From positions 1 through 33,606 of the forward strand of contig NW_021835642.1 of the NCBI RefSeq assembly GCF_006345805.1: a stretch of 33,606 nt of DNA, written 5' to 3'. This document shows, piece after piece, positions 1 through 12,258 of this stretch (position 1 is the stretch's first letter; each line of letters opens with the position of its first letter). The stretch comes from Octopus sinensis. Its lineage: Eukaryota. The position numbers and the translations under genes are program-made. Under the pieces are notes generated by a model. It had not been told where the DNA came from. It was given only the letters and a program-made list of their open reading frames with translations, and made no database searches.

Positions 1-436
1 GAGAAAATGTGTCGACCAGTAGCCTTACAAGGCGGGCGAGAAAAGACAGGATAGCAGTTACGACGGAAGTATCGTCGCAGATGGACGACGGGAATGGGGG
101 AGGAGGAGCAAGAGGAAGAGAGAGAAGAAGGGGAATGGTGCGAGGAGACCATGAAGAAGAGTGGTGAAAGGAGAGAGACAATGAGAATGATGAGAGAGAG
201 AGAGGAAGAGACAAGTTAAGTGAGGGAAAAAAAAGAAAACGAAAAAGGGAATGGGAGAGAAAGAAAGAAAGATGCAGAGTCGCGTGAGAGTTATATCAAG
301 GCTAACTGATAAACAGAACAAATTACTTAATAGGGTGCTTGCGTTAGTCGTAATATGTTAATAAAATAGAACATATGCATATATATAAACATATATGTAC
401 GTACCTACCTCTACATGTACATATACACGCATATAT

Positions 437-690
437 GTGTACAGGACCAAAAAGAGTCGAACACATAGAGAGACGAAAAACATAGACACAAACCAAGGAA
501 CAAGACAAGCAAAAAAGAGATACAGGACAATAAGCACAACGAAAAATCCCCTTCTTCAGTCGCTAAGGTTTCATCTACTAAACGTTTCGAAGGATAAAAG
601 CGAGACGTATACTTCGAAGAAAACTTCCTTCCCGCGAAAAGCAAATCAATTAAAATTCTGAGATCTTTTCGCAGAGGGGTAAAAAAAAGC
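437..690 (-). mobile_element. Non-coding PLE-terminus-like repeat (GTCCTGTAC-end family) with permuted hammerhead-like motif
   Basis: Begins TGTACAGGAC next to a TA-rich tract, the same end as at 30268, 30062-30070 and 30792-30800. The minus strand of 546-595 reads atccttc-GAAAC-gttta-GTA-N16-CTGAAGA-aggggat. Confidence 0.55.
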
Positions 691-699
691 AAGACAGTA

Positions 700-959
700 A
701 CGACAGTACAAACATAACGGTCAGATAACAAAAGAAAGAAAGAGACCTCAATATTATGTAAATACAGGAATTTATCTGTAAAATAATATGTGACAATTAT
801 TCGGTAACTAAGATAAAACTCTGAACCTCGGATGCCGAGGTGGAAATCCACACCACCATCTCTTCGGTTAGATGGTGGTGTGGATTTCCACTTCGGCATC
901 CAAAACTCAGAGTTTTATCTTGGCTACCGAATAATTGTCACATATTACATTTACAGATA
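700..959. mobile_element. Fold-back (inverted-repeat) element, PLE pseudo-LTR-like
   Basis: Arms ~773-861 and ~870-959 are near-perfect reverse complements (taatatgtgacaattattcggt...ggaaatccacaccaccatct / agatggtggtgtggatttcc...accgaataattgtcacatatta). A second family copy lies at 31570-31756. Confidence 0.8.
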
Positions 960-975
960 TATATATGTATATAAT

Positions 976-1380
976 CTTGTCAGTCATTTGACTGCAGCCA
1001 TGATCTGACTACGCATTGAAAGGTATTAGTCGAACACATCTACCTTGGGCCTTATTTCATGAAGCGCAGTACTTATTCTATCGGTCTGTTTTGCCGAAGC
1101 ACTAAGTTACGGGCACATAAACACCCTATAGCAGTGCTAGGGGACAAACACTGACACAAAGACATATACATAGATAGATAGATAAATAGATAGATAGATA
1201 CACACACACACATATAGATATACGACGGGCTTCTTTCAGTTTCCATCTATCAAATCCACTCACGAGGCTTTGGTCAGCCTGAGGCTATAGCAGAAGACAC
1301 CTGCTTAAGGTGCCACGCGGTGGGACTGAACCCGGAACCATTTGACTGGGAAAGCATGCTTCTTACCACACAGCCACTCC
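976..1380 (-). mobile_element. tRNA-derived SINE family A (diverged copy)
   Basis: Reverse complement of the 4238-4668 element: head ggagtggctgtgtggtaag...gggttcagtccc, internal GATA/CA microsatellite, tail gcagtcaaatgactga. Confidence 0.9.
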
Positions 1381-1965
1381 AGCTACCAACGATTTCACCA
1401 GCTTGCTGTGTCAGAAGGTCAACAACAACAACAACAACAACAACAGCAACAGCAGCAGCAGCAGCGTCGTCGACGACGACAACAGCACTAATAGAATAAT
1501 TGCTGCATTTATAACAACAATAATAAAGACATCAACAACACCAACAAAACCATTATCAGCAGCTACATCGACAACAACAACAACAACAATAATTGCTCGT
1601 TAAATCGAATATCGATAACGACGAAACATTCAATTTAAGTGGAAGGATAAACAACGACGACGTGGAGGGGGAGGAGGAGGAAGGAGAGGAGGGGAGGGGG
1701 GAGGAGGAAGAGAGGAGGAGGGAAGGGGAGGAGGTGGGGAGCAGTGTGAGACGCGTTGGAATGTCAATAAAGAGCAAAACAGCAGTTAGGACAACAAGAA
1801 AGCCAATAATAATAATAATAATAATAAAAAGAAGAAGAAAAGAAGAAGAAGAGGAAGAGGAAGAAGGAGAGGAAAAATGAGAGAAAGGAAGAAAAAGGAA
1901 CAACAAAAACAATAGGGACAACAACGACAACAACAGTAATAAAAAGAATATAACTATTAATAATA

Positions 1966-2074
1966 ATGAGAATAACGATGATGATTATGATAATGATGAT
2001 GATGATGATGATGATGATGCCGATGAGGATGATGAAGATGATGATGGTGATGATGATGATGATGATGATGGTGG

Positions 2075-2105
<31 letters not shown>

Positions 2106-2170
2106 GATGATGATAATGATGATAATGATGATGATGGTGATGATGATGATGGTGATGATGAAGGTGATGG

Positions 2171-2201
<31 letters not shown>

Positions 2202-2241
2202 AATGATGATAATGATGATGATGGTGATGATGATGATGGTG

Positions 2242-2294
<53 letters not shown>

Positions 2295-2412
2295 GATGAT
2301 GATGATGATAATGATGATAATGATGATGATGGTGATGATGATGATGATGATAATGATGATAATGATGATGATGGTGATGATGGTGATGATGATGGTGATG
2401 ATGATGATGGTG

Positions 2413-2463
<51 letters not shown>

Positions 2464-2500
2464 GTGATGATAATGATGATGATGGTGATGATGATGATGG

Positions 2501-2532
<32 letters not shown>

Positions 2533-2679
2533 GTGATGATAATGATGATGATGGTGATGATGATGATGGTGATGATGATGATGATGATGGTGATGATGGT
2601 GATGATGATGGTGATGATGATGATGATGATGATGATGGTGATGATGGTGATGATGATGATGGTGATGATGATGATGGTG

Positions 2680-2711
<32 letters not shown>

Positions 2712-2915
2712 GATGATGATGGCAATGATGTAGTAGTAGTAGTAGTAGTAGTAGTAGTAATCATAATATAATATAAGAAAACAAAAAGCAACTATAACAA
2801 TGATACTACTACTACTACTACTACTACTACTTACTACTACTACTACTAATAATAATAATAATAATAATAATAATGATGATGATGATAATAATAATAATAA
2901 TAATAATTATAATAA

Positions 2916-2955
<40 letters not shown>

Positions 2956-2990
2956 AGTCGTAATGATGATGTTGATGACAATAATAATAA
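1966..2990. repeat. Long compound trinucleotide microsatellite: (GAT)n with GGT/AAT variants, then (TAG)n, (CTA)n, (AAT)n, (AGC)n
   Basis: Directly visible. About 765 bp of GAT-phase repeat explains the poly-Met and poly-Ser ORFs. Confidence 0.98.
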
Positions 2991-3653
2991 ATCGCTGATG
3001 TAAGGAAACGACAAAGAGGACAACAAAGAAGGAATTTTAAAATATTCTTTAGTACTCTCCCACCCTTTCCCCCCACCCCTTTCCCACCTTCACCCCCCAA
3101 CCAGCCCCTTGCTCACCCCCTTTTTGCTAGGACAGTAGCGAGAAATGATAATGGTGGCGGACGGGTATAAGGGGTGGGGGTTTGTGAGATTCTTTTTTAT
3201 GGTCGATGATTTCTGCAAGAGCCTTATGAGAAATCCTTCAGATGTTTCCCCGTTGTGAATGGCATGGACGAGAGGGGGAAGAGAGGGGGTGAGGTCATAG
3301 TTTGTTGCTGTAAGCAACCCCTCCTCCGCACCCCTCGCCGCCACAGAACCTTATCAGTCCCTACCACTACATGTACATATTAACCCCGTCCCCTGCCCTC
3401 GAGATCCCAGATCATGCATGTAGTTTCTATGTCACGGCCTGACCTGCAGGAAATAGCTGTGAAATCTCCCACGAATCACACCCGAGTGACCGCAGAATTG
3501 GTCACTCGAGGATTATATGATTCTGGGGTGCACTGGGAAGGAAATGGGTAGGAGTACAAAATGTCGGGAAGGGCGCAGATGGAATGTCTTTGATACAATG
3601 CTCCTGTTGCCTTTGAGATGAGCCAGGGGTTAAACATGAAATAAACTTGTGCT

Positions 3654-4197
3654 CTGTCGGTTACGACGACGAAGTTTCCAGTTGATCCGATCAACGGAAG
3701 AGTCTCTCATGAAATTAGCGTGCAAGTGGCTGAGTACTCCACAGACACATGAATCCTTAACATAGTTCTCAGGGGGATTCAGTGTGGCACAAAATGTGAC
3801 GAGGCTGGCCCCTTTGAAATACAGGTACTACTTATTTTGCCAGCTGAGTGGACTGGAGCAATGTGGAATAAAGTGTCTTGCTCAAGGACATTGGCATTCT
3901 GTCGGTTATGATGACAGGAGTTACAGCTGATCCGATCAACAGATCAACGTGCTCATGAAATTAACGTGTAAATGGCTGAGTACTCCACAGATATGTATGC
4001 CCTTAACGTAGATCTCAGGGAGATACAGCATGATACAGAGTGTGACAAGGCTGGTCCTCTGAAATACAGCTACAATACATTTTTGCCGGCTGAGTGGAAT
4101 GGAGCAGCATGAAGTAAAGTGTCTTGCTCAAGGACACAACGCGTCGCCTGGAATCGAACTCACGACCTTACGATCGCGAGCCAAATACACTAACCAC
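3654..4197 (-). mobile_element. tRNA-derived SINE family B with tandem duplication of its body
   Basis: Minus-strand head gtggttagtgtatttggctcgcgatcgtaaggtcgtgagttcgattcc (A/B boxes), then gtgtccttgagcaagacacttt. The body at 3654-3890 is repeated at 3897-4136. Confidence 0.85.
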
Positions 4198-4237
4198 GTG
4201 ACTGCAAGGAGTTAAAACATATAACAACAATAACATA

Positions 4238-4400
4238 GGCGCAGGAGTGGCTGTGTGGTAAGTAGCTTGCTAACCAATCACATGGTTCCGGGTTCAGTCC
4301 CACTGCGTGGCATCTTGGGCAAGTGTCTTCTGCTATAGCCCCGGGCCGACCAATGCCTTGTGAGTGGATTTGGTAGACGGAAACTGAAAGAAGCCTGTCG

Positions 4401-4454
<54 letters not shown>

Positions 4455-4668
4455 AGTGTGTGTGTATGTGTTTGTCCCCCTAGCATTGCTTGACAACCGA
4501 TGCTGGTGTGTTTACGTCCCCGTTACTTAGCGGTTCGGCAAAAGAGACCAATAGAATAAGTACTGGGCTTACAAAGAATAAGTCCCGGGGTCGATTTGCT
4601 CGACTAAAGGCGGTGCTCCAGCATGGCCGCAGTCAAATGACTGAAACAAGTAAAAGAGTAAAAGAGTA
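4238..4668 (+). mobile_element. tRNA-derived SINE family A, full length (CORE-like cttgggcaagt motif)
   Basis: A-box-like tggctgtgtggt, B-box-like ggttcagtccc, cttgggcaagtgtctt, internal (TA)n(TG)n and a (gtaaaaga)n tail. More than ten related copies occur in the window. Confidence 0.93.
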
Positions 4669-5087
4669 AGCTCGACCGGAAGACACCTTCCCGTCCACCC
4701 AAACACGATTACCATAGCACAGAACGGCTAGAAAATAACAGCCAAATCACACTCGTGTTACCACAAGCTGAGGACTTAACAGAACACCTCCTTATTGGTC
4801 AATGCATTTCTTCATAAGAAAACGTGTTGGGCACAGATGGCAGGCTTTTGATCATAGGTGAAATGCATTTCAGCACTGACCTACAACGTCATCCTAGCAA
4901 CACTATCTCTCCCACACAGTTCAGTCGTATCTACTACATCCTAATGAAGTGGTTTGGGGTTCAGTCCCACTAAACGGAACATTGGGCAAATGTCCTATAA
5001 GCCATGTGTGCAGATTTTGTAGAAGGGAATTGAAATAACACAGACATATATACATACACACACACACACACACACACAAACACACAC

Positions 5088-5144
5088 CCACTGAAGATCT
5101 ATGGATAATTGTTTAATTGTTAATGGTGAAACTTCGAAGTATGG
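5088..5144 (+). ncRNA. Type I hammerhead ribozyme motif (PLE-type)
   Basis: cca-CTGAAGA-tctatggataatt..aattgttaatggt-GAAAC-ttcgaa-GTA-tgg. Stem I is cca/tgg, stem II is imperfect, stem III is the palindrome acttcgaagt. Predicted cleavage after A5141. Confidence 0.7.
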
Positions 5145-5327
5145 AATTGACTGGTCATTTTATATCTTTTCATAGTGTCTTGTACGAGTACATCGAACGC
5201 GACGTTAAATGAGAACGCATTTTTCGTAGTTAGTCGATTTGACGGCTACTTTCAGCATGTCAGGAAACCACTTAGTGGCTTTCCTCTTACGTTATATATT
5301 TGAATATAATTTTTTATCCTCAGTAGT

Positions 5328-5390
<63 letters not shown>

Positions 5391-5419
5391 CAAATGAAAT
5401 AAAAAGCAGAACACAAAGG

Positions 5420-5527
5420 ATGTCGCGGTACACAGGTTTCGAGCTTTATAAAACAACTTATTCTTACATCAATGTAATAATAGATAATAGATAATAGATA
5501 GTGTAAAGCCCTCTTCAGCCACATGCA
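5420..5527 (-). ncRNA. Type I hammerhead ribozyme motif with long stem II loop
   Basis: Minus strand: tgtgg-CTGAAGA-gggcttta...taaagctc-GAAAC-ctgt-GTA-ccgcg. Stem II is 8 bp; stem I has G-U pairs. Confidence 0.7.
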
Positions 5528-6396
5528 ATTGCTACACCAAAGACTTGTGTTACATTATGAAAGGTCTGGGAAAGAACATTTGGTATAATTTATAATGGTA
5601 GGTAAATTGAGTTTCACTGAGAAAGTATGTTTGTAAATCTTCATAATCAAACAGGTGTACAGGGTATTATTGGACTCCAAAAATCCGTCCATACCGTTTT
5701 CTCACTCAGTATATATATATCAGTAGGACACACACAACACATAATAGTGAAGTATCCTGTCGTTGCCGCGCAATTTTTCACAATGGAATGCCTTTGCGGG
5801 CTTTCGGAATAGCATGCCCACGCAAGCTGAATTTTTTCCATTCTAACGAGGCTTTTCAAATTTTCCTTTTTCACTACAACTTGCAAATGGTAGGGAGAAG
5901 CTTTTTATGAAGAAAAAGATTTAGCTGTTGTTTCTTAGAACATCCCACGACCACCTGGTACCTTCCTCGTCTCTTTATTTACCTGTCCTGTATTGGTATT
6001 TTTCAATATTTTTCTCCCCATAAACACATTTTATGGAACGATGATGCGGAACTAACCATTTTGTTTAGCCCAGGGATGGTCTATCACTGGGATGTAAACA
6101 ACACCAGAAAATTTATAATCTAAATCATTAACAACCACCAGCACCAAGCGAGTGTGTGTGTGTGTGTGTGTGTGTAAGAAAAACATTTACTAACAGAAAA
6201 AGATGCTTTCAAATAAATTATTTCACACACCTTTTATAAATCACTCTTTCGCCGTTATGAAATTCCCAATGCATAATCATACACACACACAGAGCCATAC
6301 ACACTCGGTTTTGACGATATACATTTCTAGAGTGAGAGGGTGTGGTAAATATATATATAAATATATGCAATGAGAAAAACGTAAGGGAAAGAGATA

Positions 6397-6400
<4 letters not shown>

Positions 6401-6442
<42 letters not shown>

Positions 6443-6448
6443 AGAGAG

Positions 6449-6491
<43 letters not shown>
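6401..6491. repeat. (GA)n microsatellite
   Basis: Directly visible. Confidence 0.97.
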
Positions 6492-6495
<4 letters not shown>

Positions 6496-6600
6496 ACAGA
6501 TTTTGAAATTCCAAAATAAGCTGAAAATTTTCAAATTTAATATATTGATGCACTTTTTCTAGTACGATTTTGGAATCCATTTATTGCATACAGATTATAT

Positions 6601-6652
<52 letters not shown>

Positions 6653-6654
6653 GG

Positions 6655-6685
<31 letters not shown>

Positions 6686-6961
6686 GGATTTGTCAATCTA
6701 AGACCTATTTCTCTTATTAGCAAATTATATTTCATAATTATTTTTAAGGACGACCTTCTCATTGGAAGGCAGATGTCGAAAATCAAATTCGTTTTTGCCG
6801 AGGACGCACAGTTCCTGGGCCTTTCGGAGGTGGTGGGAGAACACAAATATATAACACACATATATAACCACATACACTCACATCCATACACACATACACA
6901 CATACACACATATATATATATATATATAGACACACACACACACATGCATATATTTATCATA

Positions 6962-7341
6962 GATGCAGACGTGGCTGTGTGGTAAGTAGATTGCATACCA
7001 ACCGCATGGTTCCGGGTTCAGTCCCACTGCGTGGCACCTTGGGCAAGTGTCTCCTACTATAGCCTAGGGTTGACCAAAGCGTTGAGAGAAACGGGAAGAA
7101 GCCCATCGTATATATATGAATATGTATGTATGTGTGTATTTTTGTGCGTCTGTGTTTGTCCCCACACTATCGCTTGACAACCGATGTTGGTTTGTTTACG
7201 TCCACGTAACCTTAGCGGTTCGGCAAAAGAGACGGTAGAATAAGTACTAGGCTTACAAAGAATAAGTCCTGGGGTCGATTTGTTTAACTAAAGGTGGTGC
7301 TCCAGCATGGCCGCAGTCAAAATGACTGAAATAAGTAAAAG
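6962..7341 (+). mobile_element. SINE family A
   Basis: Colinear with 4238-4668, with a short internal deletion. Confidence 0.92.
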
Positions 7342-7867
7342 TATAGAAGAATATGATATATATAAAAGTTAAGTGAATAGAATGGAAAGGGGTGGGAAGC
7401 GGGTATAGATTGAACACAGGACACAGCCTGCTTAATAAAAAGGATGTTGTAAATAAACTGACTCAGATAAACAAATGGAAGTTAGGGGTACAGAGGGTCA
7501 GGTTTAAGGTCAGGGTGGGAGTACCCTGGGTACGGCAAGGGGGAGGGCCGAGGTGGGGGGGTGTGATATCGGTGGTGGTGGGGAGGCACTAGAGAAAAAG
7601 GGTGCCTGTGTAATGGGATGTATTGGAGGAAGGGGTCGGTTGACGGGTGCCAGAGGAGGAAGGTAGGACATTGGGGTGTAAAGGGAGTTAAGATGTGGGA
7701 GAGTGGGATGGGGGTCTATCGGCCGATTTTGAGATTTTTAAACAAACCATTACTACCCAGCTGTTGTTTATCTGTCATAGTGGCACCGGTTGGGTGTGTG
7801 TGTGTGTGTATACATACATATATATATATATATATGTATTATATATGTATATATATGTATATATATG

Positions 7868-7900
<33 letters not shown>

Positions 7901-7957
7901 TGTATATACATATATATGTGTATATATTTATATATATATTTATATATATATTTATAT

Positions 7958-8012
<55 letters not shown>

Positions 8013-8078
8013 AATATATATATATATACATACGTACGCACATATATATATATATATACATACGTAGCTATGTACATG

Positions 8079-8110
<32 letters not shown>

Positions 8111-8335
8111 ATATACACGCGCACACACAAGTGCAAACCTGCCTAGCTACATACACATATACACAGGTGTGTGTGTGAGTCGTGCGAACATGTGTTTATA
8201 TGTATGTGTGTATGAGTGTGTATGTGCATACCACTGTGTGTGTAATCAATTGCGTGTATAAATGAGAAAATCAGCCTTCATAATCTCGTAGCAGGAATAT
8301 ACACAAATGTTAAAAAAATAGTGTGTATATTTGTA

Positions 8336-8370
<35 letters not shown>

Positions 8371-8413
8371 TAACACATACACAGAGATATATACACAGAC
8401 AGACAGAAGATAA

Positions 8414-8444
<31 letters not shown>

Positions 8445-8767
8445 GACTTACATGTGTATAGAAAATGAAAATAACATGTATATGTGTGCGTGTGTGTGTA
8501 TGGTGTGTGTGTGTGTGTATGGTGTGTGTTGTGTGTAGGGGAGGGGTACGTTATGAAGTTAACTTGTTTGTTGAAGGAAACGTAAACGGAAATTAAATTT
8601 TATTACAAGACAATGGTGACATTTGAGAAGCTCTCCTGGGAATTGAACCACACGTAATGTACACACACACACACACATACACGCACACACACACATACAC
8701 GCACACGCATACAGAGCTGTGTGTGCATATACATACATATATGTATACGCACACACACATATATATA

Positions 8768-8929
8768 GGCGCAGGAGTGGCTGTGTGGTAAGTAGCTCGC
8801 TTACCAACCACATGGTTCCGGGTTCAGTCCCACTGCGTGGCATCTTGGGCAGTGTCTTCTACTATAGCCCCGGGCCGACCAATCCCTTGTGAGTGGATTT
8901 GGTAGACGGAAACTGAAAGAAGCCCGTCG

Positions 8930-8960
<31 letters not shown>

Positions 8961-9262
8961 TATATATATTTATATATATAATATATATAATATTATATAT
9001 ATATATGTAATATATATATATATATATATATGTTTTGGTGTGTGGTGTGTGTTGTTTGTGTGTCTGTGTTTGTCCCCCTAGCCTTACTTGACAACCGATG
9101 CTGGTGTGTTTACGTCAACGTAACTTAACGGTTCGGCAAAAGAGACCGATAAAATAAGTACTGGGCTTACAAAGAATAAGTCCCGGGGTCGATTTGCTCG
9201 ACTAAAAGGCGGTGCTCCAGCATGGTCGTAGTCAAATGACTGAAACAAGTAAAAGTAAAAGT
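8768..9262 (+). mobile_element. SINE family A with expanded internal (TA)n
   Basis: Near-identical to 4238-4668 outside the internal microsatellite at 8930-9060. Confidence 0.93.
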
Positions 9263-9899
9263 AAGTAAATAGATGGATAAAGTGAGAGGGGAAGAGAGAA
9301 AGAGAGAGAGACGTAGGCAGTCCCGTGGTTTTCGGGTTCAGTCCTACTGCGCAGTACCTTGGACAGGTGTCCTCTACTACAGCCTGTGACCAACCCTGTG
9401 CTCCCTCAAATCAATTTGCTAAACGGAAAAGGGATTCGTTATTATTTCATTGAACGCGACGCATCCATTTCCAAGTAAGTTTCTTCTTCACCTTTTTCAT
9501 GCGACTCCCTATACTGTTTTCATCCTCCATCCTTCTCTAATGCCCTTTTTCTTCCACTTCCTTCTTCACCGTTTTCTATCTCTCTCACTCCTCTTTTTCT
9601 CTCTCTCTCGTTGCACACACGTGATCATCGTCCATCTTTCTTTTCCTCGCGTGACCATCTTTCTTTTCCTGCACCAATGTTCAAAAGAACGGACATGTAT
9701 TTTCCTCTCTCTTCTATCTTTCCTCTTTTAAAAATTGTTTCTCCCCGAGTTAACTATTTCCCTCCCATTCTGGTTAAATTATCCTCCATGTTTGTTTTCG
9801 TTCGGTTTCCTTGTATGTCTTCACTATCATTTATTTTGTTCCCAACTTAGACCCCCATAAATCCTAAATTTTATTTTATAATTTACGGGAGGAACTGTC

Positions 9900-10074
9900 T
9901 TTGAAGACTCATATTTTTGTTGCATGCTCGAAATGATGAGTAGATAGGCAGCCGACAACGGATGAACGGTCCTTTCTCCGTGTCCTTTTTTCATTTTTTG
10001 CTTGTTGTTTACGTATTTCACTCATTTTCCTCTCGTTTGCTTACGTATTCATTTTTTTTTGTAACGTTGGTGAC

Positions 10075-10075
<1 letters not shown>
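9900..10075 (+). mobile_element. PLE-terminus-like repeat with permuted hammerhead-like motif
   Basis: 9926-9965 reads gctc-GAAAT-gatga-GTA-N16-CGGATGA. The tail ttgtttacgtatttca...gttggtg resembles 30012-30070 and 30765-30800, and it ends at (TA)n. Confidence 0.5.
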
Positions 10076-10117
<42 letters not shown>

Positions 10118-10137
10118 TATATATATATATATATATA

Positions 10138-10423
10138 TCACCGTGACCGACTAGACTATCAGATGTTACACATTGCTGGTCACAATGCGCTTCGCATTGT
10201 TTTAGCCTTCAAATGACGCCACCCCGCTGGCCAAGCGAGCAGGCGAACAGAAGAAAGAGTGAGAGAAAGTTGTGGCGAAAGAGTACAGCAGGGATCGCCA
10301 CCACCCCCTGCCGGAGCCTCGTGGAGCTTTAGGTGTTTTCGTTCAATAAACACTCACAACGCCCGGTCCAGGAATCGAAACCGCGAGTCCGCTGCCCTAA
10401 CAACTGGGCCATTGCGACTCCAC
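10138..10423 (-). mobile_element. tRNA-derived SINE family C inserted in (TA)n
   Basis: Minus-strand head tggcccagttgttagggcagcggactcgcggtttcgattcctgg has A and B boxes. (TA)n lies on both sides. Confidence 0.75.
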
Positions 10424-10551
10424 TTATATATATATATATATATATAAAGTATATGATTGAAGTTATACACCGAAGTTCGACAAATTCGATCATATTTTTT
10501 ATAAATGGAGGAGATTAGATGTTAAATTGGGATAAAATAATTATTCAATTC

Positions 10552-10628
10552 ACTAGACAATCGTTTCGTACAGAAAGACAATAAATTTATTTTAAGAACC
10601 TGAGTTGTCAAAGAGTACTCATCAGTAT
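10552..10628 (-). ncRNA. Type I hammerhead core, stem I degenerate
   Basis: Minus strand: CTGATGA-gtac...gtac-GAAAC-gatt-GTC. It has the same stem II base as the 32276 copy, but stem I pairs only ~2 bp. Confidence 0.55.
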
Positions 10629-10664
10629 CACAATAAGAAAAACAAAAACTTATGTGTGTGTACG

Positions 10665-10862
10665 TGCGTGCGTGTTTGTGTCTGTGTTTGTTCACCCACC
10701 ACCCCTGGGAAACGGTACTGGTTTGTTTACGTTCCAGTAACTAACCCGTTCGGCACTAGTGACCGGCTGAATAAATTACCAGTACTGGGAGTGTTTTGTT
10801 CGACTAAATACTTCAAAGCGGTGCCCTAGCATGGCCGTAGTCCAATGACTGAAACAAGCAAA
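10665..10862 (+). mobile_element. SINE family A, diverged 3' half
   Basis: gtttgtttacgt...gcggtgccctagcatggccgtagtccaatgactgaaacaag matches the family A tail. Confidence 0.8.
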
Positions 10863-11039
10863 GGTTGAAAGACACACACACAACACACACACAAACACAC
10901 ACACACACAGAAACACACACACACACACTCATACACACATAAATATACATATGTATATGTGTATGTGTATGTCTGTATGTATATGTATGTATATGTATGT
11001 ATATGCATGTATATGCATATACATATATCTGCTAAGGGT

Positions 11040-11400
11040 TCTTGTGTTTCGAGACGAAGAACTCTTTCACTGAAGCTTCCACCCGATTTTGGTTGATGGA
11101 GCGTAGCGAGTCGAGGAAGTGAGCCATGGATCGGAACAAGTGTTAATCGGACTGAGACATTTTGCCGCAATCCTAACATGTAATAATAAGCAGTGGGTCA
11201 TAAAGCAAGGGTCAGCTTCTGGAACCTTTGTCCTAACATGGATGTTTCCAACAAATGGCGATGCCCTGCGTCGGCTGGAATTACGAGAGGATAAATACAC
11301 TAAGAGTTCGTCCTGGACGATGCAACCATCAACGCCAGTCTGTACTCTGGAATAGCTAAGGCGGATATATGGCATTGTGCGGCAAAAGTTTCGTATGTTC
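11040..11400 (+). pseudogene. Decayed mariner (Tc1/mariner) transposase fragment, catalytic region
   Basis: Across frameshifts and stops: NNKQWV..G, then MAMPCVGWNYERI-IH*EFVLDDATINASLY. This follows the mariner pattern K(V/T)MLCVWW..G(V/I)I.YE.L...T(I/V)N...Y. Confidence 0.65.
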
Positions 11401-11609
11401 TAATGCAAGGAAGGTGAAATGTGGGTGAAATCAGTGGTGATTATTGGTCCTCTGTATGGATGGATGCGTACCCTAAACGAATGCTTGCGAATATCGAAGT
11501 CATAACTTTACAATTACTTCCAAGAATGATTTCAAGAGACGTCGAAATGTGGAGCTTTTTGAAAATTCAATGGGTTTTCAAAGTATATTTTTATTAAAGA
11601 GGGTCCTTT

Positions 11610-11846
11610 ATTTACATTATTTACATTAGTTACATTTGACGGATCTTGTTTGCCCTCCAGCCTTCTTCAGCTGTCTTGAGGAAAATTCGAACCTGGGTTC
11701 TCATTCCTAAGGTATTTTTCGATGTTATTATTATTATTATTGATGTTGTTGTTGTTGTTGTTGTTATTGTTCAGGTCACAGCTTGGAATCGAATTCGGAA
11801 TCTTGGGGTTAGTAGCCCGCACTCTTAACCACTACGCTATATGCCC
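11610..11846 (-). mobile_element. tRNA-headed element with (AAC/AAT)n linker and PLE/HHR-type tail (HHR 3' half deleted)
   Basis: Head ggcatatagcgtagtggttaagagtgcgggctactaaccccaagattccgaattcgattcc. The tail ggttcgaattttcctcaagacagCTGAAGAaggctggaggg...aatgtaaataa is homologous to 26403-26500. Confidence 0.65.
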
Positions 11847-11992
11847 GTGGGTCCTGTTAGATATAAGCTAGAACCTACATTGGCTGTCCGGGATCTTTAC
11901 GGATGTACCCGCTTAAGTTTCCTCATTTGGCGCACACACAGCTACACACAGACAAACGCACATACACACACCACACACAAACACATACACAC

Positions 11993-12019
11993 ATGTATGT
12001 ATGTATGTATGTATGTATG

Positions 12020-12053
<34 letters not shown>

Positions 12054-12258
12054 TGTATGTATGTATGTACGTATGTATGTATGTGTGTATGTATGTATGT
12101 ATATATGTATGTTTGTATATATGTATGTATGTATGCATATATGTATGTATGTATGTATGTATATATGTATGTATATATGTATGTGTGTGTGTATGTATGC
12201 ATGCATGCATGCATGTATGTATGTATGTATGTATGTATGTATGTATGTATGTATGTAT
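11993..12258. repeat. (TATG)n microsatellite
   Basis: Directly visible. Confidence 0.97.

Noticed and set aside
1966-2791. 255 aa poly-Met and 268 aa poly-Ser ORFs
   Set aside because: Translations of the (GAT)n microsatellite with no coding evidence.
5647-5886. 79 aa minus-strand ORF upstream of the 5420 hammerhead as PLE coding remnant
   Set aside because: No recognisable GIY-YIG or RT motif by eye.
11140-11180. Minus-strand GLRQ..CLSP resembling an RT motif
   Set aside because: No YADD-like motif follows, and the plus strand is better explained as mariner transposase.
11771-11846. Functional tRNA gene
   Set aside because: A/B boxes are present, but the acceptor stem does not pair convincingly and it runs into repeat sequence. 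Treated as a SINE-type head.
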